Assembly: GCA_040751795.1 (NCBI GenBank)
Contig: JBFMHR010000001.1
Location: forward strand, 96,001 to 160,000
Reading direction: 5' to 3'
Length of the DNA stretch: 64,000 nt
Source of the DNA: Thermoplasmatota archaeon
Lineage (GTDB): Archaea; Thermoplasmatota; Thermoplasmata; UBA10834
Part shown: piece by piece, positions 48,290-58,389 of the stretch
Layout of the letters: the number at the start of each line of letters is the position of its first letter
How positions within the stretch are numbered: position 1 is the first letter of the stretch
Notes under the pieces: generated by a model
Told to the model about the DNA's origin: nothing
Databases searched by the model: none
The model's input: the letters and a program-made list of their open reading frames with translations, nothing else
Translations under genes and position numbers: made by a program

Positions 48290-48879
48290 AGGGGTTCAAG
48301 GGGCTCGAGGCGTTCTGCAAGGACCTTGCATCCGACCAGCCCGCGCCGGGGGGCGGGTCCGCATCCGCGGCGGCCGGGGCGATGGCGGCGTCCCTCCTCT
48401 CGATGGTCTGCGGCGTCACGCTCAAGAGCAAGAAGCACGAGGCCAACTGGCCGAAGCTCGCCCTCCTCCGAAGGAGGGCGGACAGCCTGTCCGGGTTGCT
48501 GCTCAGGACGGCCGAAGCCGACTCCGCCGCGTATGTCATGCTCGTCATCCGGGCCAAGGCCAAACGGGCGGATCCCAGCAACCACAAGGCCGTGGCTGCG
48601 TTCGATGCGTCAGTGAGGTCGGCCATGGACATCCCGGCCTCCACGGCCGAGCAGTGCCTCGCGGTCCTGAGGCTCTCTCAGGAGGTGGCGGCCCTCGGGA
48701 CCAAGAGCGCCTCGTCGGACATCGAGGTCGCCAGGCTACTGGCTGCGGCGGGCGTCGACGGGGCGGTGGCCAACGTCATGGTGAACATACCGTCCTGCAG
48801 CGACCATGCCTACGCCGCGCGCGCCAAGGAGGCCGCGGACGAGGCGCTGCGCGAGAAGGCGAGGCTCATCCAAGGATGA
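48283..48879 (+). CDS. Formiminotetrahydrofolate cyclodeaminase/cyclohydrolase
   Basis: LAS..PAPGGGSASA, D..AY, SD, NV.VN. GTG start at 48283. Confidence 0.85.
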   Translation: MLKGFKGLEAFCKDLASDQPAPGGGSASAAAGAMAASLLSMVCGVTLKSKKHEANWPKLALLRRRADSLSGLLLRTAEADSAAYVMLVIRAKAKRADPSNHKAVAAFDASVRSAMDIPASTAEQCLAVLRLSQEVAALGTKSASSDIEVARLLAAAGVDGAVANVMVNIPSCSDHAYAARAKEAADEALREKARLIQG

Positions 48880-49038
48880 GGGCGCATCTAGGCGGGAGAA
48901 CCCTAAAGATGCCTGGGGTCTATCAGGTTTGATACAGGAGACGATACTTTTAAGTCGCCTGACAAAAATGTGAACACTAGGACCGATTGCCAGCGAAGGC
49001 TCAATTCGTCGCGTTGAACAGCAGGAGCTAGATGGGTC

Positions 49039-52000
49039 GTGGCAGGTAACTATCTGAAGAGCCTCCAACTAGCAAAGCAGCTGGAGGAGCGTGCTAAGGA
49101 GGCCACGAGGAACAAGGAGCGTGCCGAGCGAGAGCACGCGTCGCTGCAGGAGTTCCTCGAGGTCTGCCGCGAGAACGACACCGACGTCTCGGAGGCGGAG
49201 CACACCCTCGGCGAGTTCAACGCCGCGATGAACTCCAAGGACTACCAGTCGGCCCTCGGCCACGCCAAGAAGGCGTCCGAGGAGGCGAAGACCGCCTTCG
49301 TGAAGCGCATAGGGGAGGTGGCGGACTCCGCGGAGGGGCTTCTGAACCTCGCCCAGATCCCCGCGGCCGAGGCGAAGGGCGCCCTGGAGCTGCTCGAGAA
49401 GAGCAAGGAGCAGGTGCTCAGGGACGACCACGTCGCGGCGATGAAGAGCGCCAAGAGCGCGTACGACGCCGCCGAGAGGGCCCTCCACGAGCACATCTCG
49501 GGCCTCCTCTCGCAGGCCCAGGAGGTCCTCATCCAGGCCAAGGAGATGGGCGACGACGTCTCCCTCTTCGAGGAGCTCCTCAAGAAGGGGAAGGGCGCCC
49601 TCGACAAGCAGGAGTACGAGATGGGCCTCATGCACGTGAGGGAGGCCCTCGACGGCGCCGGCGAGAACATCAAGGCCCAGGTGAACGCCGCGATCGCCGA
49701 CGCCGAGGAGCTGGTCGCCGCGGGCGAGGAGCTCAAGGCGGACATGGCCAAGGTCAAGTCGCACGTGGAGCGCTCCAAGTCCGCGCTCGACGCGCTCAGG
49801 TTCAAGGAGGCCCTGGCCTACGCCAAGAGGGCGGAGGCCGAGGGGGAGAACTCCATTTCATCGAGGCTCCAGGACACCTCCCGGGAGGTCAGGGAGGGCA
49901 TCCGCAGGCTCAAGTCCGTCGGGGAGGACGTGGACCTGCCCCAGGACCTCCTCGAGCAGGGGCAGACGGCGCTCAAGGGGAAGAACTACATCGAGGCGCT
50001 GCACGCCATCAACCTCGCGGCCGAGAAGGTGCGCGGGATGCAGTTCAAGTCGGTCCTAGACGTCATCGCGCAGGCCAAGGACAAGTTCGTCCTCGCGAAG
50101 AAGGTCGGCGTCGACATGTCGAAGACCATCATGCTCCTCAACACCGCCAGGGACCACTACAGGCTGGGCAGGTTCGAGGAGGCCATGAGGTACGCCGAGG
50201 AGGGGAGGAAGGAGATCGACTCCGTCCTCGGCGTCTTCTACACCGCGAGGGACCAGCTGGTCGAGCTCGCGAAGGCCATCAAGTTCGCGGAGGACCTGGG
50301 GGCCGACGCCTCGCCGGTCAAGAGGATGCTCGCCGACGCCAAGAAGGCGTTCGAGTCCAAAGAGTACGAGAGGACCGCCGAGGTCGCCAAGCAGGGCCTC
50401 GGCGAGGCCCGGAAGGTCGCCTACGACAAGACCATGGACACGATCGACGTCACCGACAGGGCGTTCAAGCTCGGGAAGTCCCTGGGCGCCGACATGGCCG
50501 AGACCGAGGGCCTGATGCAGAGGGCTCTCGCCTCACTCTCGAAGGAGGACATGCCTGAGTGCGTCAAGCTGGCGAGGGCCGGCCTGGACGCGGCGAACGC
50601 CTCCCTCACCAGGCTCCTGAGCGACAGGCTCCACAACCTGGACCAGTTCGTCCAGGGCTTCTCCGGGGAGGAGGACCTCACCGAGGTCACCCGGGACATC
50701 GCGGAGGCGCGGCTCAGACTCTCCGAGCAGGCCTTCGACAGGGCGTCGGAGCTCCTCAAGCAGGCCCAGCTGAAGATCGAGAAGGCGGGCGAGGAGGAGA
50801 GCGACAGGCTGATGGCCCTCGCCTCCGCCAAGATCGAGAGGCTCAAGTCGATGGAGGGGGACGTCTCCGACCTGGACATACTCATGAACCGGGTCAGGCA
50901 GGCGATGGACCAGAAGGTCTACGAGGACGCCACCGCCCGGGCGAAGGAGATCATCGAGGGCGCCGACGAGATGATGCTCAAGCTCGTCCAGGCCGAGTTC
51001 TCGGCCATCAAGGACGCGGTCGAGGAGGCGAAGGCGGTCGGGATAGAGACCGAGTCCGCCAAGGCGAAGGTCAGGGAGGCGAGGGTCAGCTTCGAGAACA
51101 AGGACTTCGGGGCCGCCCACTCCGTCCTCAGCTCCGCGCGCTCCGCGCTCAGGGACAAGGTCGCCAGGTTCGACAGCGTCAAGGAGGGCTTCCGGAAGGC
51201 CGAGGAGCTCATCTCCGAGGCGCAGATGAGCAGGGCCGACGTCTCGAAGCAGGCGAAGGCCCTCGAGGAGGCCAAGGAGGTCTTCCGCGGGGGCGACTTC
51301 GAGGCCGCGGAGAGGATGCTCGACGAGCTGACGGACGAGGCCGAGAAGAAGCTCGCCATGTACCTCGCCGCCAAGTTCATACTCACATCCAAGGAGAGCA
51401 TCGAGCTCGCCGAGTCGAACAGGATAGACGTGACCGAGGCCGAGGGGCTGCTCGCCCAGGCCAAGGAGCTCATGAAGTCCAAGGAGTACGAGGAGGCGCT
51501 GGAGGTCGCCAAGAGGTGCGCCGACAGCGCCACAGAGGGCATCGGCAAGGCCGCCCAGGGGATGGTCAAGGACCTGCAGAGGCTCATAACCGACGCGAAG
51601 AACGTTGGCATAGACACCTCGAGCTCCGAGGTCCTCGCGGACAAGGCGCTCTCGCTCGTCGGCGAGGGCAACTACCCCGAGGCGCTCAGGTGCATCGACT
51701 CCGCGAAGAACGACATCGACCAGATCAAGAACCTCAGCTCTCAGGCCGCCGTCGAGATCAAGTCGGCCAGGTCGAACCTCAAGGACGCGGAGACGCTCGA
51801 CATGGACGTCGGGGCCGCGAGGGACCTCCTGGACCAGGCGGTCGAGGCGCTCACCCGTCACCAGTACGCCATCGCGCTCGAACTCGCCAGGAAATCCTCC
51901 GAGACCTCGTCGGAGGTCACCCGGAACACCATATGGGGGACCCTGGAGAAGTTCAAGACGAGGGTCGAGGACGCCGTCCAGGCGGGCAGGTCCGTCGGGG

Positions 52001-53550
52001 CGGCCGAGAGGTGCGTCTCCGACGGCATCGCGGCCTTCGACGAGAAGCGCTACCAGGACTCGCTGAGGCTCGCCATGCAGTGCGACGCCGAGATGGAGCG
52101 CGCCGAGCTCCAGAGGGACGTGGGGTCGAAGGCCGTCGAGATGGCCAAACTGAAGTACGAGGAGGCCCTCCAGGAGGGCATCGCCAGCGACGAGGTCAGG
52201 GCACTGGTCCGCGAGGCCGAGGAGATGCTCGCGCGCGGGAGGTACGTCGACGCCCTGACCAAGGCCCTCGAGAGCGGGGACAGGCTCCACCAGGTCAGGG
52301 AGAGCATCGACAGCTCCCGCATAGAGCTCAGCTCGGTGAGGGAGCAGGTCGAACGCCTGCGCAAGGTCGGCATCGACACGGCGAGGTGCGACGAGATAGC
52401 CGACATGGCCCAGGAGTACATAGCCAAGCACGACTTCGCCAAGGCCAAGGACGCCCTGCGGAGGTGCTCCGAGGAGGCGGTCGTGCTCTTCGAGAGCTCC
52501 ATCAACGACGTCATGGCCCAGAACAGGGACCTCATATCCCGCGCCAGGTCCATGGGCCTCCCGACAAAGCAGTGCGAGGACCTCATGGAGGTCGCGAAGA
52601 CATCCTTCTCCGAGAAGCTCTGGGACTTCGCGTTCCAGCAGGGCCAGGCGTGCCGCAGGATGTGCATCGACGTCATCTCCAGGAAGATAGACAGCCTCGC
52701 CGCCGACGCCCGCGACAGGCTCGTGCCCCTCCGGGAGTCCGGGGCCTCCGTCAGGCCCGTGGAGGACCTGATCGACGAGGCGACCGGGGCGATCGGGAGG
52801 GGCGACGCGTCCGAGGCGTTCCAGATACTCATGGAGGCCGACCAGCGCATCCTGGGGATCGAGGACTCCCACAGGAAGTTCATCGACATATCCATAGCCG
52901 CCGAGAGCGCCGTCGAGGTGCTCAAGCGCATCGGGGTCTCCACGGCGGAGGCCGAGAGGCTCCTGGCCCTCGCCGACGTGGAGAGGGAGAGGGACTACGA
53001 CTCGGCGATAGAGTTCGTGGCCGAGGCGCTGGACTCCGCCAAGTCGACCATAGAGTCGTACGCGCCGGAGATTACCGGGGGGGTCAGCGCGGCGGGGCTC
53101 CAGGAGGGCTCGGAGGGCGAGCTCGCCATCACGCTCAGGAACTCCGGGAACGTCATGGCCAAGGAGATCTCCGTGGAGCTCTCAGGGCAGTTCCAGGTGG
53201 TCGAGGTCCCGCCCGTCGCCAGCCTCAGGGCCGGCGCGGAGACCGTCGTCAGGGCCCGCATCGTGCCCGACGCGACCGGGACGATACCCGTCAGGGTGAA
53301 CATCGCGTGCAGGAGGCACTTCGACGGGGCGCCGCAGAGCTTCGAGTTCGACGGCGAGGTCAGCGCCTTCAAGTCGGGGCCCCCCTTCAAGGTCGGGAGG
53401 GCAAACGCGTCCACCAAGTGCTCCAGCTGCCAGGGCAGGATCAAGCAGGGCTTCGACATTGTGACATGCAGGTGCGGGGGCGTCCAGCACCTGGCCTGCG
53501 CGAAGAGGACCAGCTCCTGCCCCGTGTGCGGGCAGAAGTACACGTTCTAG
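49039..53550 (+). CDS. 1503-aa helical-repeat protein with C-terminal Ig-like domain and C4HC3 zinc finger
   Basis: About 21 repeats (GxD[VMT]...LL..A...[YF]..A), LRNSG...A Ig/CARDB-like segment, CSSC..CRC..HLAC..CPVC. Confidence 0.85.
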   Translation: MAGNYLKSLQLAKQLEERAKEATRNKERAEREHASLQEFLEVCRENDTDVSEAEHTLGEFNAAMNSKDYQSALGHAKKASEEAKTAFVKRIGEVADSAEGLLNLAQIPAAEAKGALELLEKSKEQVLRDDHVAAMKSAKSAYDAAERALHEHISGLLSQAQEVLIQAKEMGDDVSLFEELLKKGKGALDKQEYEMGLMHVREALDGAGENIKAQVNAAIADAEELVAAGEELKADMAKVKSHVERSKSALDALRFKEALAYAKRAEAEGENSISSRLQDTSREVREGIRRLKSVGEDVDLPQDLLEQGQTALKGKNYIEALHAINLAAEKVRGMQFKSVLDVIAQAKDKFVLAKKVGVDMSKTIMLLNTARDHYRLGRFEEAMRYAEEGRKEIDSVLGVFYTARDQLVELAKAIKFAEDLGADASPVKRMLADAKKAFESKEYERTAEVAKQGLGEARKVAYDKTMDTIDVTDRAFKLGKSLGADMAETEGLMQRALASLSKEDMPECVKLARAGLDAANASLTRLLSDRLHNLDQFVQGFSGEEDLTEVTRDIAEARLRLSEQAFDRASELLKQAQLKIEKAGEEESDRLMALASAKIERLKSMEGDVSDLDILMNRVRQAMDQKVYEDATARAKEIIEGADEMMLKLVQAEFSAIKDAVEEAKAVGIETESAKAKVREARVSFENKDFGAAHSVLSSARSALRDKVARFDSVKEGFRKAEELISEAQMSRADVSKQAKALEEAKEVFRGGDFEAAERMLDELTDEAEKKLAMYLAAKFILTSKESIELAESNRIDVTEAEGLLAQAKELMKSKEYEEALEVAKRCADSATEGIGKAAQGMVKDLQRLITDAKNVGIDTSSSEVLADKALSLVGEGNYPEALRCIDSAKNDIDQIKNLSSQAAVEIKSARSNLKDAETLDMDVGAARDLLDQAVEALTRHQYAIALELARKSSETSSEVTRNTIWGTLEKFKTRVEDAVQAGRSVGAAERCVSDGIAAFDEKRYQDSLRLAMQCDAEMERAELQRDVGSKAVEMAKLKYEEALQEGIASDEVRALVREAEEMLARGRYVDALTKALESGDRLHQVRESIDSSRIELSSVREQVERLRKVGIDTARCDEIADMAQEYIAKHDFAKAKDALRRCSEEAVVLFESSINDVMAQNRDLISRARSMGLPTKQCEDLMEVAKTSFSEKLWDFAFQQGQACRRMCIDVISRKIDSLAADARDRLVPLRESGASVRPVEDLIDEATGAIGRGDASEAFQILMEADQRILGIEDSHRKFIDISIAAESAVEVLKRIGVSTAEAERLLALADVERERDYDSAIEFVAEALDSAKSTIESYAPEITGGVSAAGLQEGSEGELAITLRNSGNVMAKEISVELSGQFQVVEVPPVASLRAGAETVVRARIVPDATGTIPVRVNIACRRHFDGAPQSFEFDGEVSAFKSGPPFKVGRANASTKCSSCQGRIKQGFDIVTCRCGGVQHLACAKRTSSCPVCGQKYTF

Positions 53551-54908
53551 TCCGAGCCGCCGATCCTCGCGCTCGATATCCTCATGTGCGGGGACGTCAC
53601 CCCGAAGTAGTTCCGCTGGGAGCGCCCCAGCATGTCCACGCGCGACATCATGTCCACGAGGCCGATCCCTATGGTCGTCTGCTTCAGCGCCGGCCCGAGC
53701 TCCCCATCCCTTATGACGTAGCTCTCCATCATCAGCGCCGAGAGCTCCCCGGTGGCGAGGTTGGGGTAGTCCCACGTGCCCCTGAGGTACACGCCGGACC
53801 TGGTCTCGGCGACCATCTCGCCGAAGTCGGAGTCGCCCTTCCCCACGACCAGGTTCGAGGTCGATATGGAGGGGGCGTGCCTGAAGCTCCACGACCCCGA
53901 GCCCCTGGAGGAGTTGCCGGTGCTGGCCCTTGACTCCTTGCCGGAGGTGTACGAGTCGTGCAGGTACGAGACCAGCCTGCCCCCCTCGATGACGGAGAGA
54001 GGGGCGGCGGGGACCCCCTCCCCGTCGAAGGAGGTGCTGCCCGTGCCCCAGGGGACGGTCGGGTCGTCCACCATGGACACCGCCGGGGCCGCGACCGCCT
54101 GGCCCAGCTTCCCCGCCAGGTAGCTCCTGCCCCGCTGGACGTTCTCGGCGTTCGCGCCCGCGGACACCGCGGTGGAGAGTATGAACCCCATCGCCAGCGG
54201 GTCGATTATGACGGGGTAGTCGCCGGTCTCGATCTTCGTCTGGGAGAGGCCCTTGACGGCCTGCTCCCGCGCCCTGAGCCCGAGGCGGGCCACCTGCTCC
54301 GGCTCCAACTTCCGGCTGGAGAGGCCGTCGTAGCCGGAGAACATGGCCTCGCCGTCCCGGGCGACAGCCTCGACCACCATGTCCATCGAGGTGAGCCTCT
54401 GGCTCCCCGTGAAGCCGTTGCTGTTGGAGAGGGCCAGGTGGCACACCGCCACCCCCGCGCTGGCATTGGCCGAGGTGATCCTCCTGTCGTCCGAGGCGAC
54501 GTCCGCCATGTCGATGACCATCCTCACGACCTCGTCGGGGCCCATCTCGGCCAGGCGCCTCTCGTAGAGGCCCGCGACCGCCCTGGGCCGCGCAGCGTGA
54601 GGCAGGTTGCGGAAGGCCGGGTCGGGAGTGCCCGCGCGCGAGAGGGAGACGGCCAGCTCTGCAGCCGATGCGACCGCCTTCTCGTCGAAGCCCGTGCAGA
54701 ACGCGAAGCCGGCGGAGCCCTTGATGAACGCCCTGATCCCGACGCCCGGGTCAGACACCGTGTTGGCCTGCTTGACCGACCCCTTCTCCAGGTCCACCGA
54801 TATCGCCTGCGTCTCCGCGGCGAGGACATCGCACTTCTCCGCGCCCATCCTGAGGGCGGCGGCGACGGCCTTCTCGGCCATGTTGGCGAGCTCGGACTCG
54901 CCCGCCAT
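53547..54908 (-). CDS. pmbA: PmbA/TldE family protein
   Basis: GVGIR, DDP, FDGEG, STGN, SN, TGE. No HExxxH. Confidence 0.88.
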   Translation of the reverse strand: MAGESELANMAEKAVAAALRMGAEKCDVLAAETQAISVDLEKGSVKQANTVSDPGVGIRAFIKGSAGFAFCTGFDEKAVASAAELAVSLSRAGTPDPAFRNLPHAARPRAVAGLYERRLAEMGPDEVVRMVIDMADVASDDRRITSANASAGVAVCHLALSNSNGFTGSQRLTSMDMVVEAVARDGEAMFSGYDGLSSRKLEPEQVARLGLRAREQAVKGLSQTKIETGDYPVIIDPLAMGFILSTAVSAGANAENVQRGRSYLAGKLGQAVAAPAVSMVDDPTVPWGTGSTSFDGEGVPAAPLSVIEGGRLVSYLHDSYTSGKESRASTGNSSRGSGSWSFRHAPSISTSNLVVGKGDSDFGEMVAETRSGVYLRGTWDYPNLATGELSALMMESYVIRDGELGPALKQTTIGIGLVDMMSRVDMLGRSQRNYFGVTSPHMRISSARIGGSD

Positions 54909-56303
54909 TCAGGCCAGCCCCCCGACCACGACGTCCGCGACCCTCATGTGGGGGCCGCCGTCGGTCGTCCTCGCGTCCTGGTAGTTCTTCCCGCAGTAGC
55001 CGGGGTCGCCGAGGAGGAAGTCGTCCGCGACCCCCGTCACGCTGTTGAGCACCTCGAGTATGACCCCGGAGAGCGACGCGTCCCTGTACCTCTGCCCGAG
55101 CTCGCCCCGCCTGATCTCGTACGCCTCGTCGCACTTGAACATGAACTGCCCCTTAGACGGCTCCACGTAGCCGTACTGGCTCCCCTGGAAGAGGAGGCCC
55201 TCCCTGGTGTCCTCGATCAGCTCGTCCTTCCCCCAGTCGCCTGCCGCTATGAACGTGTTGCTCATCCGGATGAGGGGCGGGCTGCCGTAGGTGTGCGCGC
55301 GCGAAGCCCCGTTGGGCTCGAGGCCCATCCTGCTGCTCGACTCGAGGCTGTGCAGGTACTCGCCGAGGACGCCCCCGTCTATCAGGACGTGCCTCCTGGC
55401 GCGCACGCCCTCCCAGTCGTGCACGAAATGGCCGAAGGTGGACTCGATCGTGGGGTCGTCGACGAGCGTGACCTCCGGGACCGCCACCCTCTGCCCGATG
55501 CGCCCCTCGAGGACCGAGCCGCCCGCGAGTATAGCGTCCGCCTCGCACGCGTGGCCCATCGCCTCGTGCGCGAGGAGGCCCGTCATCCTGTTGTCGAGGA
55601 TGCAGACGGACTTGCCGGCAGGGGCCGGCTTGGAGTCGAGCAGGCGGAGCGCCTGCGCCGCGGCTCTGCCGCCGATGGACGTCGCCTCGTCCCTGCGCAT
55701 GAGTTCGTACCCGCCCACGGAGCCCACCGACGCGTGGCCCCTCTGGACCACGCCTTCGGACTTCGCCCATGCGGAGCACGCGGCCATGGTCCATGTCTCG
55801 CTCGTCCGCACGAGCGTGCCGAAGGAGTTCGCGACCACCCGCTCCCCCTCGAAGTCGTCGTACCTCGCGTTGGTGCTCACGATCCTGGGGTCTGCCGACC
55901 TCATGGACCTGTCAATGGAGGACGCGAAGGCCACCTTCTCCTCGGTGCTGACGTCGGAGGGCCTCTCGGCGCACCTGTAGGCGTCCACCGCCCTCTCGGG
56001 CTTCACCTCGGCCATCCTGAACTTGACCTTGGCCCGGTCCTGGGCCACCTTCGCCATCTTCACCGCGGACTCGGCCGCCGAGGCGAGGGCCTGCAGGGAT
56101 ATGTCGTTCGTGACGGCGAAGCCCCATGCCCCGCCGATGAAAGCCCTGATGCCGCAGCCCGAGGGCAGGGCGGCCGAGACCGTCTTGGTCCTGCCGTCCA
56201 TGACGACGATGTTGGTCCCCCTGTACGACTCCAGTCTGAGGTCTGCGAACTCGGCCCCCTGGCCCACCGCGTGCTCTATGGTCTTCGATGCGAGCTCCTC
56301 CAA
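54909..56303 (-). CDS. tldD: TldD metalloprotease
   Basis: HEAMGH..EAD, DDPT, DWEG, RMSNT, CGK, GGP. Confidence 0.92.
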   Translation of the reverse strand: MEELASKTIEHAVGQGAEFADLRLESYRGTNIVVMDGRTKTVSAALPSGCGIRAFIGGAWGFAVTNDISLQALASAAESAVKMAKVAQDRAKVKFRMAEVKPERAVDAYRCAERPSDVSTEEKVAFASSIDRSMRSADPRIVSTNARYDDFEGERVVANSFGTLVRTSETWTMAACSAWAKSEGVVQRGHASVGSVGGYELMRRDEATSIGGRAAAQALRLLDSKPAPAGKSVCILDNRMTGLLAHEAMGHACEADAILAGGSVLEGRIGQRVAVPEVTLVDDPTIESTFGHFVHDWEGVRARRHVLIDGGVLGEYLHSLESSSRMGLEPNGASRAHTYGSPPLIRMSNTFIAAGDWGKDELIEDTREGLLFQGSQYGYVEPSKGQFMFKCDEAYEIRRGELGQRYRDASLSGVILEVLNSVTGVADDFLLGDPGYCGKNYQDARTTDGGPHMRVADVVVGGLA

Positions 56304-56361
56304 AGGAACGCCCCCTGAGCGGGGGACGGTAACGCATACGCGATGTTGAACCTATCGAACC

Positions 56362-57915
56362 TCATGTCCTCTGGAAGCCGCACGTGTTCTCCGCGGTCTC
56401 GGCGAGCGCGCCCGAGCGTATCAGCGAGGCGAGGGCGTCTATGTCCTTCGCCATCGAGCGGTCCCTGTCGAGGCGCTTGACCTTCGACCGGATGGCCGCC
56501 CGGACCTCCTCGATCCCCGCGCTCGAAGACGCAGATATGAAGTCGAGCGCCTGGGCCGACGCCATCATCTCGATCGCCACCACCTTCGTGACGTTCTCTA
56601 TGACCTGCCGGGCCTTCCACGCGCCTATGGTCCCCATGCTGTTGTGGTCCTCCTGGTTGGCGCTGGTGGGTATGGATGTCGCGGACGCGGGGTGCACTAG
56701 GACCATGTCCTCGGCCACGAGGGACGCCGCGACGTACTGCGGCACCATCATCCCCGAGCTGAGCCCTCCGTGCTTCGTCAGGAAGGCGGGGAGCCCGCTC
56801 AGCTTGTGGTCGACCATCCTGGCCGTGCGCCTCTCCGAGAAGCTCCCCAGCTCGTGGACCCCGAGGGCCAGGAAGTCCATGGCCAGCGCGACCGGCTGGC
56901 CGTGGAAGTTGCCCGCCGAGACCACGGACGAGTCCTCGGGGAAGAAGAGGGGGTTGTCGGTCGCGGAGTTCATCTCAACCCCCACGACGTCCTCCGCGTA
57001 CCATATCGCGCCGAGGCTCGCGCCTATCACCTGGGGTATGCACCTGAGCGTGTAGGCGTCCTGGACCTTGGAGCAGTGCTTGTGCGATGCGAGGATCTCG
57101 CTGCCGGAGAGGAGGGACATCATGTTGCCCGCGACCCTCGCCTGGCCGGAGTGCGCCCTGACCTTGGACACGCGCGGGTCGAAGGCCGCGTTGGTCCCCC
57201 TCAGGGCCTCCAGGGACATCGCCGCGGCGATCTGGGCGTTGTCCGCGAGGTTGGCCGCGTCCCTGACGGCGAGGACGCCCAGGGCCGTCATCGCCTGGGT
57301 GCCGTTGATGATCGATATGGCCTCCTTGGGCTCGAGGGTGAGCGGCTCCAGCCCCTTCCTCTTGAGCGCGTCGCCGCCGGGCTCCGCGCCGGAGCCCGCG
57401 TCGGCCTCCCCCTCCCCCACCATGGCGAGGCCGAGGTGGGCGAGCATCGCGAGGTCGCCGCTGGACCCGACGGAGCCCTGCCGCGGGATGACCGGGTGGA
57501 CCCCCGCGTTGAGCATGGCCAGGAGCGCCTCAGCCACCTCCGGCCTCACGCCCGAGAAGCCCTTGGCGAGGGCGTTGGCGCGGAGGAGCATCATGGCCCT
57601 CACGACCTCCTCCGGGTAAGGTTCCCCCACGCCGCACGCGTGGCTCCTCAGCAGGTTGAGCTGGAGCGCCCTCAGGTCCTTCTTGGGTATGCGCGAGGTC
57701 ACGAGGTCCCCCACGCCCGTGTTGACCGCGTATATGGTCGCACCCTTCTCCACGAGCCTGTCGAGGGACGCCCTGGACGACGCCATCCTGCCCCTCGCCT
57801 CCTCGGCGAGGGAGACGCCGGCCGACTCCCTGGCGACCCTTATGACCCGCTCGACCGTGAGGCTGCTGCCGTCGACGACGACCGACGGCCTCCTCCGCGA
57901 CCCCTGCTCCGACAT
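56362..57915 (-). CDS. hutH: Histidine ammonia-lyase
   Basis: Y.VNTG.G, LLRSHACG, GSVGSSGDL, NGT, QDAY.LRC, TDNP, GNFHG, ANQEDH.SMG. Confidence 0.92.
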   Translation of the reverse strand: MSEQGSRRRPSVVVDGSSLTVERVIRVARESAGVSLAEEARGRMASSRASLDRLVEKGATIYAVNTGVGDLVTSRIPKKDLRALQLNLLRSHACGVGEPYPEEVVRAMMLLRANALAKGFSGVRPEVAEALLAMLNAGVHPVIPRQGSVGSSGDLAMLAHLGLAMVGEGEADAGSGAEPGGDALKRKGLEPLTLEPKEAISIINGTQAMTALGVLAVRDAANLADNAQIAAAMSLEALRGTNAAFDPRVSKVRAHSGQARVAGNMMSLLSGSEILASHKHCSKVQDAYTLRCIPQVIGASLGAIWYAEDVVGVEMNSATDNPLFFPEDSSVVSAGNFHGQPVALAMDFLALGVHELGSFSERRTARMVDHKLSGLPAFLTKHGGLSSGMMVPQYVAASLVAEDMVLVHPASATSIPTSANQEDHNSMGTIGAWKARQVIENVTKVVAIEMMASAQALDFISASSSAGIEEVRAAIRSKVKRLDRDRSMAKDIDALASLIRSGALAETAENTCGFQRT

Positions 57916-57977
57916 CCTGAATACCTTCCAGTGGACGGTGCGCTAATCGGCCTAGCCGTACCTTAAACTAGCGGAGC

Positions 57978-58388
57978 CTACTTCTCCTTCACCGGGACGA
58001 ACTTGTAGCCGTAGTGTATGACCCCGGCCGAGCCCTCCTCGCTGAGCCTGCGGAGGACGGCCCTCACCCTGGTCCCTATCTGGAGGTCGCACGGGTCGCA
58101 GTCTATGACCTGGCCCGTCACCTTGGGCCCCTCGTCGAGCTCGACCATGGCCACCATGTAGGGCCGGAGGGAGGACTTCTCGTCGAGGCCCTCGTGGACC
58201 TCGGTGAACGAGTACACCTTGCCCTCGCCCTTGTACTTGACGGGGACCATCTTGCCGACGCTCTTCCTGTGGCACACGGGGCATATGGCCCTCGGGGGGA
58301 AGAAGTTCCTCCCGCAGCTGTCGCACCTTATGCCCACCATGTTGTACCTGCTGGGGTTCTGCCTCCAGAACCTCGGTGCCGTCGCCAT
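57978..58388 (-). CDS. DUF35 Zn-ribbon/OB-fold scaffold protein
   Basis: C..CG..FFPPR..CP.C, GKVYSFT, YGYKF. Lies in the operon with the thiolase and HMG-CoA synthase. Confidence 0.9.
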   Translation of the reverse strand: MATAPRFWRQNPSRYNMVGIRCDSCGRNFFPPRAICPVCHRKSVGKMVPVKYKGEGKVYSFTEVHEGLDEKSSLRPYMVAMVELDEGPKVTGQVIDCDPCDLQIGTRVRAVLRRLSEEGSAGVIHYGYKFVPVKEK

Positions 58389-58389
58389 G

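Noticed and set aside
53547-56303. TldD/PmbA as part of a RiPP cluster
   Set aside because: No YcaO, radical SAM or precursor gene adjacent. The pair is widespread housekeeping in archaea.
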